A stretch of 64,000 nucleotides of DNA, taken from assembly GCA_027492205.1 (NCBI GenBank), contig JAOZFN010000006.1, positions 71,369 to 135,368 of the forward strand. The letters run 5' to 3'. The translations under genes and the position numbers were made by a program. Below are positions 1 through 9,444 of the stretch, piece by piece. The DNA comes from Thermoproteota archaeon (GTDB taxonomy: Archaea; Korarchaeota; Korarchaeia; Korarchaeales; Korarchaeaceae). The notes below the pieces were generated by a model, which was not told the DNA's origin, ran no database searches, and saw nothing but the letters and a program-made list of their open reading frames with translations. How positions within the stretch are numbered: position 1 is the stretch's first letter; each line of letters starts with the position of its first letter.

Positions 1-2
1 GC

Positions 3-1631
3 GGCACACCCAAGTGGGCCAGGCTGACGACCGCTCACGGGCGGGTCGAGGGATCGGAAAACGCCACGATTGAATTGGTGGCAACACTCCCACCCGTGGA
101 GAACCCGACGAACTTCTCGATACCGCCGCCGAGGCCGGGGGAGGGCTCGAACTACACGTTCGAGTTCTCCGCCTCGGCAAACGGTAAGGCGTACGCGAAG
201 CTGGTCGCGACCATCGGCGTGAGCTACCCGGCTGATTTCAAGAAGGACGAGGAGCATAGCACTTCCACGCACGAGGTGTGGGTGTACGACCCGGGGAGGG
301 TTGAGAGCCGCTCGGCGCGCTTCTACATAGTGGTGGGGGACAAATACAGGGACGTGGGCGTCCCGGAGGTCAGGATCAACCTCAACCACTCATCCCTGAC
401 AGTTAAACCAGGCGACCAGGTGTCGTTTGAGTTTACGCTCAAGAACGCAGGGACCGGAGACGCGTTCAACGTGTCCATATGGCTGAGCGTCCAGCCGCCT
501 CTGCCTCAGATCCTGGTTGTGAGCCCAGAGGTTCCCGGCCTGACGGGTAAACCATTCACGGGCTCCATGACGACTCCAATGCTGGTCCCGAGACTGCCCA
601 AGGACGCCGTTACTGAGAAGATCAAGTTCAAGGTGATATTCCCCGAGGACATCACGATAATGGGCTCGTACTTCAACGCGACGATCTTGGTGGAGTGGCA
701 GGACAAGGTGGGCAAGAACTTTCAGGCCAAGGTGAGCAAGGTCATCATCGTCAGCGAGCCGGAGCTGCCGGCGATATCGATAAGCAAGCAAGCATCTCCG
801 TCGGAGGTGAGCGTCAACGGGACGGTCAACGTGATCGTCAAGGTCATGAACGAGGGCGGGGCGCCCGCGACCGACGTGACCGTGACTGACACATTCCCCG
901 AGGAGTACTTTGAACTGGTCCAGGGAAAGACATCGGCCTCGGTCAAGAACCTTGCCCCGGGGAAGAGCATGACCCTCTCATACAAGCTGAAGGCCAAGAA
1001 GGAGGGATCGGCCACGCTCCCTGCGGCCGAAGTGCAGTACAAGGAGAGGGACGTTCCCCAGCTCAAGTACTCCAACACCCTCATCGTAAGGATCGTGAAG
1101 CCCGCTGTTGGCTTGGAGCTGATAACGTCCCCCCCGAGCAGGCTGATAGTGGGCGACCTGGCCGAGATGGTCTTCAGCGTGTCGAACGACGGGAGCGGTC
1201 AGGCCAGGGACATAAAGCTGACCCTGGAGATCCCACCGGGGATAGACCTCCTCGAATCCGAAGGGCCGGTGACCACGCAGGAGAGGACCGAGGAGGGAGG
1301 TTGGAGGGTCACATTCAGGGCGGACAGCATAGACCCAGGCGCCTCAGTTGAGTTCAGCATGAGGATGAGGGTCCAGAGGATGGGGGCCTACAACATCTCC
1401 ATGATCAACGCGACGTTCAAGGGCGAGGCCGGAGAGCAGGAGTACAAGATTGGGGGAGCTGACGCGCTGGAAGTCTCATTCCTCGTGGAGGTCCCCAGGT
1501 CCCAGAAGATCATAGTCACTGCCGCTTTGATAGGCATGGTGGGCGCCGTGGCCGCGGCCTCATTCTTCGCGGCCAGGGGAATGCCCAGCCGCTACGCCTC
1601 TAGGAGACCCCGCCTCGGACTGCCGAGGTAG
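3..1631 (+). CDS. Cell-surface protein with repeated Ig-like DUF11/CARDB-type domains and C-terminal membrane anchor (5' partial)
   Basis: Frame is open back to the window edge. Repeated 'TLKNAGTGDAFNV', 'VMNEGGAPATDVTVTD' and 'VSNDGSGQARDI' motifs. Hydrophobic C-terminal helix followed by a basic tail. Confidence 0.7.
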   Translation, partial: GTPKWARLTTAHGRVEGSENATIELVATLPPVENPTNFSIPPPRPGEGSNYTFEFSASANGKAYAKLVATIGVSYPADFKKDEEHSTSTHEVWVYDPGRVESRSARFYIVVGDKYRDVGVPEVRINLNHSSLTVKPGDQVSFEFTLKNAGTGDAFNVSIWLSVQPPLPQILVVSPEVPGLTGKPFTGSMTTPMLVPRLPKDAVTEKIKFKVIFPEDITIMGSYFNATILVEWQDKVGKNFQAKVSKVIIVSEPELPAISISKQASPSEVSVNGTVNVIVKVMNEGGAPATDVTVTDTFPEEYFELVQGKTSASVKNLAPGKSMTLSYKLKAKKEGSATLPAAEVQYKERDVPQLKYSNTLIVRIVKPAVGLELITSPPSRLIVGDLAEMVFSVSNDGSGQARDIKLTLEIPPGIDLLESEGPVTTQERTEEGGWRVTFRADSIDPGASVEFSMRMRVQRMGAYNISMINATFKGEAGEQEYKIGGADALEVSFLVEVPRSQKIIVTAALIGMVGAVAAASFFAARGMPSRYASRRPRLGLPR

Positions 1632-1689
1632 GGGGACAAACCTTTTTTATCGCGGCAGTGGGTGACGACGCCGAGCAGGTGGTTGATCT

Positions 1690-2010
1690 ATGGGGCTCGA
1701 GTACGTGTACGCCGCCCTGTTGCTCCACGAACTGGGCAAGGAGATAGACGAGAACTCGGTCAGCTCCGTCCTCAAGGCCGCCGGGGTTGAGCCCGATCCC
1801 GCCAGGGTTAAGCAGCTCGTTGAGGCTTTGGAGGGAGTGGACATCGAGGAGGTGATCAAGTCCGCGGCGGTGCCCCCCGTGGCCGCCGCGCCGACGCCCG
1901 CCGCGGAGGCGACAGCGGAGGAGAAGCCAACAGAGGAGAAGAAGGAGGAAGAGAAGAAGGAGGAGGAAGAGGAGGCGGCCATAGCCGGGCTCGGCGCGCT
2001 GTTCGGCTGA
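1690..2010 (+). CDS. rpl12: 50S ribosomal protein P1/L12
   Basis: [11 protein letters not shown] N-terminus, Ala-rich hinge, acidic tail ending GLGALFG. Confidence 0.97.
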   Translation: MGLEYVYAALLLHELGKEIDENSVSSVLKAAGVEPDPARVKQLVEALEGVDIEEVIKSAAVPPVAAAPTPAAEATAEEKPTEEKKEEEKKEEEEEAAIAGLGALFG

Positions 2011-2062
2011 GCCCCCTAACTACCTTATTTTATTCGATCGGTCAGCGCCCTTCCCGATTAAC

Positions 2063-4807
2063 ATGGCGAGGAGGCCGGACCCTGGAGAGTCCCTCAGGCT
2101 CGAATTCTTCGAGGAGAGGGGCTACGTGCGCAAGAGATGCCCCAAGTGCGGGGAGTACTTCTGGACGCTGGACCCTGACAGGGAGGTCTGCGGCGAGGCG
2201 CCCTGCGAGCCGTACGGTTTCATAGGCGGCGGACTATCGAGAAAGCTGACGATTGAGGAGGCCCGCGAGGGATTTCTCTCGTTCATGGAGTCCCGCGGGC
2301 ACACTAGGATAAGGAGATACCCGGTGGTGGCCAGGTGGAGGGACGACCTCTTCCTCACCAGCGCGTCTATAGTGGACTTCCAGCCATACGTAACGGCCGG
2401 CCTCGTTCCTCCCCCGGCCAACCCGCTCACGATCTCGCAGCCCTGCATACGGCTCAAGGACATCGACAAGGTCGGCCTGACCATGGGCCGCCATCTCACC
2501 ATATTCGAGATGATGGCACACCACGCCTTCAACAGGCCCGGGCAGGAGATCTACTGGAAGGAGAGAACCCTCGAGCTGTTCCACGAGTACGCGACCAGGG
2601 TTCTTGGGATACCGGAGGAGGAGATAATCTACAAGGAGGGCTGGTGGGAGGGGGGAGGCAACGCGGGCCCTGACGTGGAGCCAATAGTGAGGGGACTCGA
2701 GATAGCGACCTTGGTGTTCATGGAGTACAAGGTCACGGACAGCAGATACGAGAAGATGGACACCAGGGTGGTGGACACGGGGTACGGGCTGGAGAGGATA
2801 GTCTGGCTCTCCCAGGGGACTCCAACCGCATTCGACGCGATCTACGGGAGTCTGACGGACGCCTTCCTCGACAGGCTGGGGGTGCGGCGGCCGGACGTCG
2901 ACCTCCTGAACCGCTACTCAACGCTCTCCTCGCTGACCGCAAAGGTCGAGAGGGGGAGTAAGCTCCGCGAGCTCAGGAGGGCAATAGCGGCTCAGCTGGA
3001 GGTGGACCCGGAGGAGCTTGACGCCGCCCTGACTCCCCTCGAACTCGCCTACTCGGTCCTGGATCACACGAAGACGATCGCCTTCATGCTGGCAGACGGA
3101 CTCGTTCCGTCGAACACCAAGGAGGGCTACCTCGGCAGGCTCGTGATTAGGAGGGCCCTGAGGGCCATGAGGGCCCTGGAGGCCGAGGTCCAGCTGGCCG
3201 AGCTGGTCGACCTCCAGCTGAACTACTGGGGCAGGCAGTTCCCCGAGCTCCTGGAAAAGAGGGAGAGGATCTTGGACATGGTTCAGGTCGAGGAGCAGAG
3301 GTTCAGGGAGACCCTCCAGAAGGGGCTCCAGCTGATAGAGAGGGAGCTCAAGCGGAGGAGAGAGAAGGGCCTCACGCTCGACTTCCTGACGGAGCTCTAC
3401 GACTCTCACGGCGTACCCCCTGAGCTGGCCGCAGACGTCGCCAAGAGGCACGGGATAGAGCTGGAGGTGCCGGACAACTTCTACGAGCTGATAGCCGCCA
3501 GGCACGAGGCGCCTGAGGTCAGGCCCCCGGAACTCCCCAAGTACGTTGAGGAGGTGGAGGCGCTCCCGAAGACCGAGCTCCTCTACTACGAGGACCCCTA
3601 CGCCCTGAGGTTCGGGGCGAGGGTGGTCGGCGTCTTGGGTGGGGAAGCCGTGGTGCTGGACAGGACGGCCTTCTACCCCGAGGGGGGAGGCCAGCCCTCC
3701 GATGTGGGGTTCCTCAGGCTGGAGGGCGGCGGGGCCTTGGAGGTGGTCAGGGCGGAGAAGGTCAAGGACCGGGTCGTCCACTACGTCAAGGGAGACCTGT
3801 CCAAGGTGGCGGTGGGGCAGAGGGTCGAGGGGGAGATAGACTGGCCGAGGAGGCTCTCCCTCATGAGGCACCACACAGGCACCCACGTCCTGCTCGAGTC
3901 CGCGAAGAGGGTGCTGGGCGACCACGTCTGGCAGTGGGGAGCCCAGAAGGGAGAGAAGGAGAGCAGACTCGACATAACTCACTACAAGTCGGTGAGCGAC
4001 GAGGAACTCAGGAGGATAGAGTTCCTGGCCAACCAGATTGTGATGGAGAATAGGCCGGTCAGGACGAAGTGGATGCCCAGGCAGGAGGCCGAGAGGATAT
4101 ACGGGTTCGAGATCTACCAAGGCGGCGTCGTCCCGGACCTCACCCTGAGGATCGTGGAGATAGAAGACTTCAACGTGCAGGCGTGCGCCGGGACTCACGT
4201 CAGGAGGACTGGCGAGATAGGGCCCATCAAGGTCTGGAGGGCTAGGAGGATTCAGGACGGAGTCGTGAGGCTGGAGTTCAGCTCCGGGATGGCGGCCGTG
4301 GAGAGGCTCTTGGAGGCCTACGACAGGGTCAAGAGGATCTCCGCGCTGGTGGGGTCCCCGCTGGAGAAGGTGGAGTCCGCGGTCGAGAGCCTCGTCAACG
4401 AGAACCGCGATCTCAGCAAGAGACTCACAGCCGCCCTGGAGAGGCTCTTGGAGTTCAGCATAAGGGAGAGCTCGCCCAGGGAGGTGAGCGGCCTGGAGCT
4501 GCGGGTAGTTCCCGTGGACCTCACCGACAGGAAGGCGCTCACCGACGCCGCCGACTCGTTCGCCCGCTCCAATCCGAGAGCGGTCCTCTGCCTGCTGGGA
4601 GGGTCCGGCCAGAGGCAGGTCGTCCTGGCCGTCGGAGAGGAGGCCGCGAAGAGGGGGCTACATGCGGGCAAGCTCCTATCGAGCGTCCTCAAGAGGGTTG
4701 GAGGCAGGGGAGGCGGCCAGGAGAGGATGGCCTGGGGCTCCGTGCCCGCCGAGGTCACGCCCGAGAGACTGGCGGAGGAGATAGCGGAGGGGATGAGGAG
4801 TCTCTGA
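2063..4807 (+). CDS. alaS: Alanine--tRNA ligase (archaeal, full length)
   Basis: CxxC N-terminus, SQPCIR, HLTIFEMMAHH, DTGYGLER, editing HHTGTH...CAGTH, C-terminal GGRGGG DHHA1 domain. Confidence 0.97.
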   Translation: MARRPDPGESLRLEFFEERGYVRKRCPKCGEYFWTLDPDREVCGEAPCEPYGFIGGGLSRKLTIEEAREGFLSFMESRGHTRIRRYPVVARWRDDLFLTSASIVDFQPYVTAGLVPPPANPLTISQPCIRLKDIDKVGLTMGRHLTIFEMMAHHAFNRPGQEIYWKERTLELFHEYATRVLGIPEEEIIYKEGWWEGGGNAGPDVEPIVRGLEIATLVFMEYKVTDSRYEKMDTRVVDTGYGLERIVWLSQGTPTAFDAIYGSLTDAFLDRLGVRRPDVDLLNRYSTLSSLTAKVERGSKLRELRRAIAAQLEVDPEELDAALTPLELAYSVLDHTKTIAFMLADGLVPSNTKEGYLGRLVIRRALRAMRALEAEVQLAELVDLQLNYWGRQFPELLEKRERILDMVQVEEQRFRETLQKGLQLIERELKRRREKGLTLDFLTELYDSHGVPPELAADVAKRHGIELEVPDNFYELIAARHEAPEVRPPELPKYVEEVEALPKTELLYYEDPYALRFGARVVGVLGGEAVVLDRTAFYPEGGGQPSDVGFLRLEGGGALEVVRAEKVKDRVVHYVKGDLSKVAVGQRVEGEIDWPRRLSLMRHHTGTHVLLESAKRVLGDHVWQWGAQKGEKESRLDITHYKSVSDEELRRIEFLANQIVMENRPVRTKWMPRQEAERIYGFEIYQGGVVPDLTLRIVEIEDFNVQACAGTHVRRTGEIGPIKVWRARRIQDGVVRLEFSSGMAAVERLLEAYDRVKRISALVGSPLEKVESAVESLVNENRDLSKRLTAALERLLEFSIRESSPREVSGLELRVVPVDLTDRKALTDAADSFARSNPRAVLCLLGGSGQRQVVLAVGEEAAKRGLHAGKLLSSVLKRVGGRGGGQERMAWGSVPAEVTPERLAEEIAEGMRSL

Positions 4808-5460
4808 TGCCCGTCCGGATAGACCTCGTGGGGAGGGCCGCCAGGGAGGTCCTCGTCCTAGCCGCCCTGTCGCTCCCCAAGAGGAGGTCCGTCGACTTAG
4901 TGGGCGACAAGCTAGCCCTCACCAGGGCGGAGAGGGCGGCCGTCGAGAGGCTCGTCAGGTGGCCCGAGGAGGTTGCCCTCGCCGCCTCGAAGTTGACCCC
5001 CCCGAGCCTGGCGTCCGGCAGGTCGATCGGAGTCGACGGCTACAACGTGCTGATCACAGTCGAGGCCATGCTCCTGGGTGAGCCGGTCTTCCTTTGCACC
5101 GACGGGCTTCTCCGAGACCTTAGAGGGGTTTTCTCGTCATACAGGCCGTCGGACGTCACCGAGAGGGCGATAGAACTCATCGTGGACGCGCTCGGCGGGC
5201 TGAGTCCCGCCGAGGTGGTCCTCGCCTTCGATGAGCCGATGAGCCGCAGTGGAGAGCTGGCCGCCATGGCCAGGGAGAAGATTTCCGAGGCCGGGCTGAC
5301 CGGGACGTCGGTTACACACCGCCAGGTGGACACCCTGATATCGGGCTTCGAGATCGCCGCGAGTTCGGACGTGGCGGTGATCGAGAGGGCCCGCGCTGTG
5401 ATAGACCTGCCGGCGCTGGTGGCGGATTCCATCGGGTGCAGGCCTAACGTTATCTGGTAG
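4807..5460 (+). CDS. DUF434-family PIN-like protein
   Basis: 'LVGDKLALT', 'VDGYNVLITVE', 'DGLLRDL', 'SRSGELA', 'ASSD' motifs. Start overlaps the alaS stop. Confidence 0.75.
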   Translation: MPVRIDLVGRAAREVLVLAALSLPKRRSVDLVGDKLALTRAERAAVERLVRWPEEVALAASKLTPPSLASGRSIGVDGYNVLITVEAMLLGEPVFLCTDGLLRDLRGVFSSYRPSDVTERAIELIVDALGGLSPAEVVLAFDEPMSRSGELAAMAREKISEAGLTGTSVTHRQVDTLISGFEIAASSDVAVIERARAVIDLPALVADSIGCRPNVIW

Positions 5461-5495
5461 CTTCCGCGATCATCTCGCGGGAGGTTGGAGGAGAG

Positions 5496-6563
5496 ATGCC
5501 GCCCGCGCTTCCCTGGACCGTCAGGCTCGAGGGCGACAAGGTCGTCCTGATAGATCAGACGGCCCTCCCCGAACGGCTCAGGTTCGTGGAGTGTCGGGAC
5601 GTCGAGTGCGTGGCCCGCGCCATAGAGACCATGGTGGTCAGGGGCGCCCCGGCCATAGGGGCGACGGCCGCGTACGGGCTGGCCCTGGCCGCGATTACGT
5701 CCCCCTCTAGGGACCCCGGGGGTCTCATGAGGGACCTCGAGGCCGCGGCCGAGAGGCTGAGGAGGACCAGGCCCACCGCGGTCAACCTCTTCTGGGCCAT
5801 CGAGAGGATCATGAGGGCCGCAAGGTCCGCGTCGGAGTCCGGGGATGCGGGTGAGATAAGGAGGACGGTCGTCTCGGAGGCCGAGAGGATAGCCCAGGAG
5901 GATGTGGAGGCCAACAGGTCTATAGGGAGACACGGAGCCCAGCTGATCGAGGACGGCATGACGGTGATGACGATCTGCAACGCGGGCACCCTCGCGACGG
6001 TGTGGTACGGGACGGTGACCGCGCCAATATACACGGCCTGGGACGAGGGCAAGAGGTTCTCCGTGATCGCGCTCGAGACGAGACCCGTCCTACAGGGGGC
6101 GAGGCTCACCGCCTACGAGCTCCACGCCGCCGGGATACCGGTGACCCTGATAGTCGACGGGGCCGCCGCGCACACGATCCGCGAGAGGGGGGTGGACCTC
6201 ATCCTCGTCGGCGCTGACAGGATCCTGAGGGACGGGACGGTCTACAACAAGATCGGCACCTACTCGCTCGCCCTCGCCGCCAGGGCTCACGGCGTCCCCT
6301 TCTTCTCGGTGGCCCCCACCAGCACCTTCGATCTGGAGTCAAGTCGCTCGGACGTGAAGATAGAGGAGAGGAGGCCGGAGGAGGTCACCACGGTGAGGGG
6401 CGTGAGGATAGCCCCAGAGGGTATCGACGTCTACAACCCGGCGTTCGACATGACGCCCCCCCACCTGCTCACGGGGATAGTCACCGAGAGGGGGATACTC
6501 TACCAGCCGCTCAGGTTGAGCATAGCCAGGGCGTTCAAAGAGTCAGCGGACGCCGGTCACTAG
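5496..6563 (+). CDS. mtnA: Methylthioribose-1-phosphate isomerase (eIF2B-like family)
   Basis: MVVRGAPAIG, RPTAVNLFWA, TICNAG, ETRPVLQGARLT, GADRI, NKIGTY, NPAFD motifs. Confidence 0.92.
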   Translation: MPPALPWTVRLEGDKVVLIDQTALPERLRFVECRDVECVARAIETMVVRGAPAIGATAAYGLALAAITSPSRDPGGLMRDLEAAAERLRRTRPTAVNLFWAIERIMRAARSASESGDAGEIRRTVVSEAERIAQEDVEANRSIGRHGAQLIEDGMTVMTICNAGTLATVWYGTVTAPIYTAWDEGKRFSVIALETRPVLQGARLTAYELHAAGIPVTLIVDGAAAHTIRERGVDLILVGADRILRDGTVYNKIGTYSLALAARAHGVPFFSVAPTSTFDLESSRSDVKIEERRPEEVTTVRGVRIAPEGIDVYNPAFDMTPPHLLTGIVTERGILYQPLRLSIARAFKESADAGH

Positions 6564-7643
6564 GATTCTCGGGAGGGCCCACAGATCCGTGACCTGGGGG
6601 GCGCCGAGGGGAATCTCGGCCTCCCTCCCCCTCCTGTTCACCCACACCCCCCTCACGCCGGCGGACTGCGCCGACAGGACGTCCGACTTCAGGACGTCCC
6701 CGACCGCGATCGCCCCGTCCGGCCGCGCGCCCACCACCCTCAGGGCCCGACGAAACGCCTCCGGACTCGTCTTGTTGACCCCCAGGTCCTCTGACGTAAG
6801 GACCGCCTCGAAGTAGTGCTCTAACCCTATGGCCCTTAGCTTCTCCCTCTGCCAGCGGGATCCGCCGTCAGTCAGGAGCACCAGCCTGATCCCCCTCCTC
6901 CTGAGCTCTCTCAGGGACGCGACGTCTGGGTAAGGCCTCACGATCTCTAGGACCTCCCGCCAGTACTCTTCCTCCGCCTCCTCCGGCGGGGGAATCGCGC
7001 CGAGCCTGGCCCCAAGCCTCTCAAAGAGCAGGCGCTTCGAGTACCTCTCCGGTGAGTCCCCCAACTCTGCGTAGATCTCCCTCCTGACGGCCTCGTACTC
7101 CGACACGAGGGTCTCGGGGTCGACCCCCCACTTCGGCGCGAGCTTCCTGAGGGCGTCGTGCCTCTTCACGTCGTAGTCGCAGAGCGTGCCGTCTAGGTCC
7201 ACGAAGACCAGATCACCCCGCTCGTAGTACTCCGGCGTGAGCCCCAGCTTCCTAACGGCGCGCTCGCACTCCCTCCTGGCGGATGTGAGGTCCCGTCCGA
7301 GGTACTTGAGGTGCGTCTCCGCTCGGGAGTCGCTGCACCCGAACCGCCTGACCGGCTCCCCCGTCACCTCCTCCGCTAGGAGGTCCTCCAGTCTGGGGTC
7401 GTCCGTTCGGCCGACTATGGCCGTCATCGGGGCGAACTCGATCCTGCTGGTGAGCCAGTCGACGTGCCACCTCACGCGACTCGGCCTGAGGAGATGCCTC
7501 CTTATCCGCGCGGACAGCCCCCTCATCGCCCGACCGACGTAGGCGTAGTAGCCGGCCTCGAAGCCAAAACTGCCGAGTGCCCCGACCCGGTACTCTCCCC
7601 CCTTTCTGCAAGAGATCAACAGTGCGTAGACGCCGGAGTCCAA
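6543..7643 (-). CDS. Fusion of DUF123 GIY-YIG (Uri) nuclease domain and HAD-superfamily hydrolase
   Basis: N-half: GVY...YAYVG...RIRRH...WHVDWL...FGCSD...THL. C-half: DLDGTL, LLTDG, K, GDxxxSD. One uninterrupted frame. Confidence 0.8.
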   Translation of the reverse strand: MDSGVYALLISCRKGGEYRVGALGSFGFEAGYYAYVGRAMRGLSARIRRHLLRPSRVRWHVDWLTSRIEFAPMTAIVGRTDDPRLEDLLAEEVTGEPVRRFGCSDSRAETHLKYLGRDLTSARRECERAVRKLGLTPEYYERGDLVFVDLDGTLCDYDVKRHDALRKLAPKWGVDPETLVSEYEAVRREIYAELGDSPERYSKRLLFERLGARLGAIPPPEEAEEEYWREVLEIVRPYPDVASLRELRRRGIRLVLLTDGGSRWQREKLRAIGLEHYFEAVLTSEDLGVNKTSPEAFRRALRVVGARPDGAIAVGDVLKSDVLSAQSAGVRGVWVNRRGREAEIPLGAPQVTDLWALPRILVTGVR

Positions 7644-7710
7644 GGTAACCTCCTCTCTTCTGGCCGCCAGCCTTGGGCCTAGAAAAAGGGAGAGAGGGAA
7701 AAATCGCGCG

Positions 7711-8709
7711 TCAACCGAAGCCTGGCGGCCTCACGTTCACTACGTCCTTGTTGACGAGGGTGGGCGGGACCTTGCCCTCCTTAAACGCGATCAGGTTCTC
7801 GGCCACTATGTCGGCCATCTTGGACCTGGTCTCTATGCTGGCGCTGGCGGCGTGCGGGGCGAGGACGACATTCTTGAGCTGTAGCAGCGGGTCGTCGGGC
7901 GGTATAGGCTCCCGCTCGAACACGTCCAGCGCGGCCCCGGCGATCCAGCCCTCCTTCAAGGCCCTGTAGAGGGCCTTCTGGTCGACCACCTTGCCCCTGG
8001 CCGTGTTGATGAGGAAGGCGGTGGGCTTCATCATCTTCAGCTCCCCCTCCCCTATCATGTGATAGGTCTCGGGGAGGAGCGGCACGTGGAGGCTCACGAA
8101 GTCCGACTCCTTGAGGAGGGTCTCCAGGTCCACCCTCTTGGCGCCCACTTCCTTCTCTATCTCAGGTCTCGGCACCACGTCGTAGTAGAGGATCTTCATG
8201 CCGAACCCCTTGGCCCTCCTCGCGACGGCCTGACCTATCCTCCCCATGCCGACGATGCCTAGGGTCGCGCCGTGCACGTCTGTGCCCAGCATCATGAGCG
8301 GATGCCAGGCCACCTTCCACTGGCCGGATCTGACGTAGTGGTCGGCCTCGACTAGCCTCCTGGCGACTGCCAGCAGGAGGGCGAACGCGAAGTCCGCGAC
8401 GGTCTCAGTCAGGACGCCCGGCGTGTTGGTCACGTAGATTCCCCTCTCGGTGGCGGCCTTCACGTCGATGTTGTCGAATCCAACGGCGTACTGGGAGATT
8501 ATCCTCAGGTTCGGCGCGGCGTCCATCACCTCGGCGTCTATCGGGTCCGTCAGCAGCGAGACGAGCGCGTCCTTGTCCTTGACCCTCTCGATTATCACGT
8601 CCTTCGGGGGCGGGGCCTCCTCCGGCCAGAGATCGACCTCGAAGTGCTCCTTGATCTTCTTGAGGCCCCTCTCGGGGATCTCCCTGGTCATGAACAGCTT
8701 GGGCTTCAT
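7711..8709 (-). CDS. gyaR: Glyoxylate reductase (D-2-hydroxyacid dehydrogenase)
   Basis: [40 protein letters not shown] motifs. Confidence 0.9.
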   Translation of the reverse strand: MKPKLFMTREIPERGLKKIKEHFEVDLWPEEAPPPKDVIIERVKDKDALVSLLTDPIDAEVMDAAPNLRIISQYAVGFDNIDVKAATERGIYVTNTPGVLTETVADFAFALLLAVARRLVEADHYVRSGQWKVAWHPLMMLGTDVHGATLGIVGMGRIGQAVARRAKGFGMKILYYDVVPRPEIEKEVGAKRVDLETLLKESDFVSLHVPLLPETYHMIGEGELKMMKPTAFLINTARGKVVDQKALYRALKEGWIAGAALDVFEREPIPPDDPLLQLKNVVLAPHAASASIETRSKMADIVAENLIAFKEGKVPPTLVNKDVVNVRPPGFG

Positions 8710-8752
8710 GGGCTCACCCAGGCTCGCCGGCGAGTTTAACCTATAAACAGGC

Positions 8753-9388
8753 TCACCTGAAGACGAAGCCGGTCTTCATGTACCACATGTAGAGGTCCAG
8801 CTCGGCCAGGCTGAGGCCAGCCTCTGCTGCAACCCCCCGAAGGATCTCCTCCAGCTGGAGGTACCTCCCCCTCGTCAGGCTCCTGGGAATGTCCCCTATG
8901 AGCCCATACTCGCGCATGACCCTCACTATGTGCCGGTCGATTATGGCTACGTCTTTCCTCCCGGTGTTCCTCAGGAAGTGGCTGGACTCCTTCATCCCCA
9001 GCCCCCGCACGTTCTCCCTCAGCCACTCCCTCGCCCTCTCAGAGCTCAGCCTAGGCACCACCTCCCTAATGCGCCGGAGGAGGGGTCTGTTCGACACTAC
9101 GTACTCGGCCCGGGTCCTCGGGAACCTGTGTCCCATGGAGCGCAGGATCTCTTCGACCTCGCTCACTGGGGCCTCAAAGAGCGCGCCGGTCTCCCACAGG
9201 CGGCTGGCCATCCGGAAAGCCTCGACGGCCTTGAAGTTGGCGGCCAAGACGCAGAAAGCCAGCTCTCTGGCCCACAGCCTCCAGTCCCCTCGCCCTATCT
9301 CCTCGAACTCCCTGATCCTCTCCCTCACCGTTCTCCCGACCCCGGGATCTTTTGCGAGTTCCTGAACGGCGTAGACGAGCCCTCTCAT
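8753..9388 (-). CDS. ogg: 8-oxoguanine DNA glycosylase/AP lyase (Ogg2 type)
   Basis: [16 protein letters not shown], Hh[14 protein letters not shown], catalytic [14 protein letters not shown]. Start chosen at ATG 9388. Confidence 0.85.
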   Translation of the reverse strand: MRGLVYAVQELAKDPGVGRTVRERIREFEEIGRGDWRLWARELAFCVLAANFKAVEAFRMASRLWETGALFEAPVSEVEEILRSMGHRFPRTRAEYVVSNRPLLRRIREVVPRLSSERAREWLRENVRGLGMKESSHFLRNTGRKDVAIIDRHIVRVMREYGLIGDIPRSLTRGRYLQLEEILRGVAAEAGLSLAELDLYMWYMKTGFVFR

Positions 9389-9444
9389 TTGGTCAAACTT
9401 TCTCACGCGCGACATTATTATCCCCGCGCCGCCGCGCAGCGGGG

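Noticed and set aside
1900-1980. GAG/AAG-rich repeat-like tract
   Set aside because: It encodes the normal acidic hinge of ribosomal protein L12.
2918-4198. 426-aa antisense ORF inside alaS, and similar long shadow ORFs opposite herA, pspA, arcE, tes and thrS
   Set aside because: Expected from GC-rich codon bias on the opposite strand of real genes. They are L/P/V/H-rich with no recognisable motifs.
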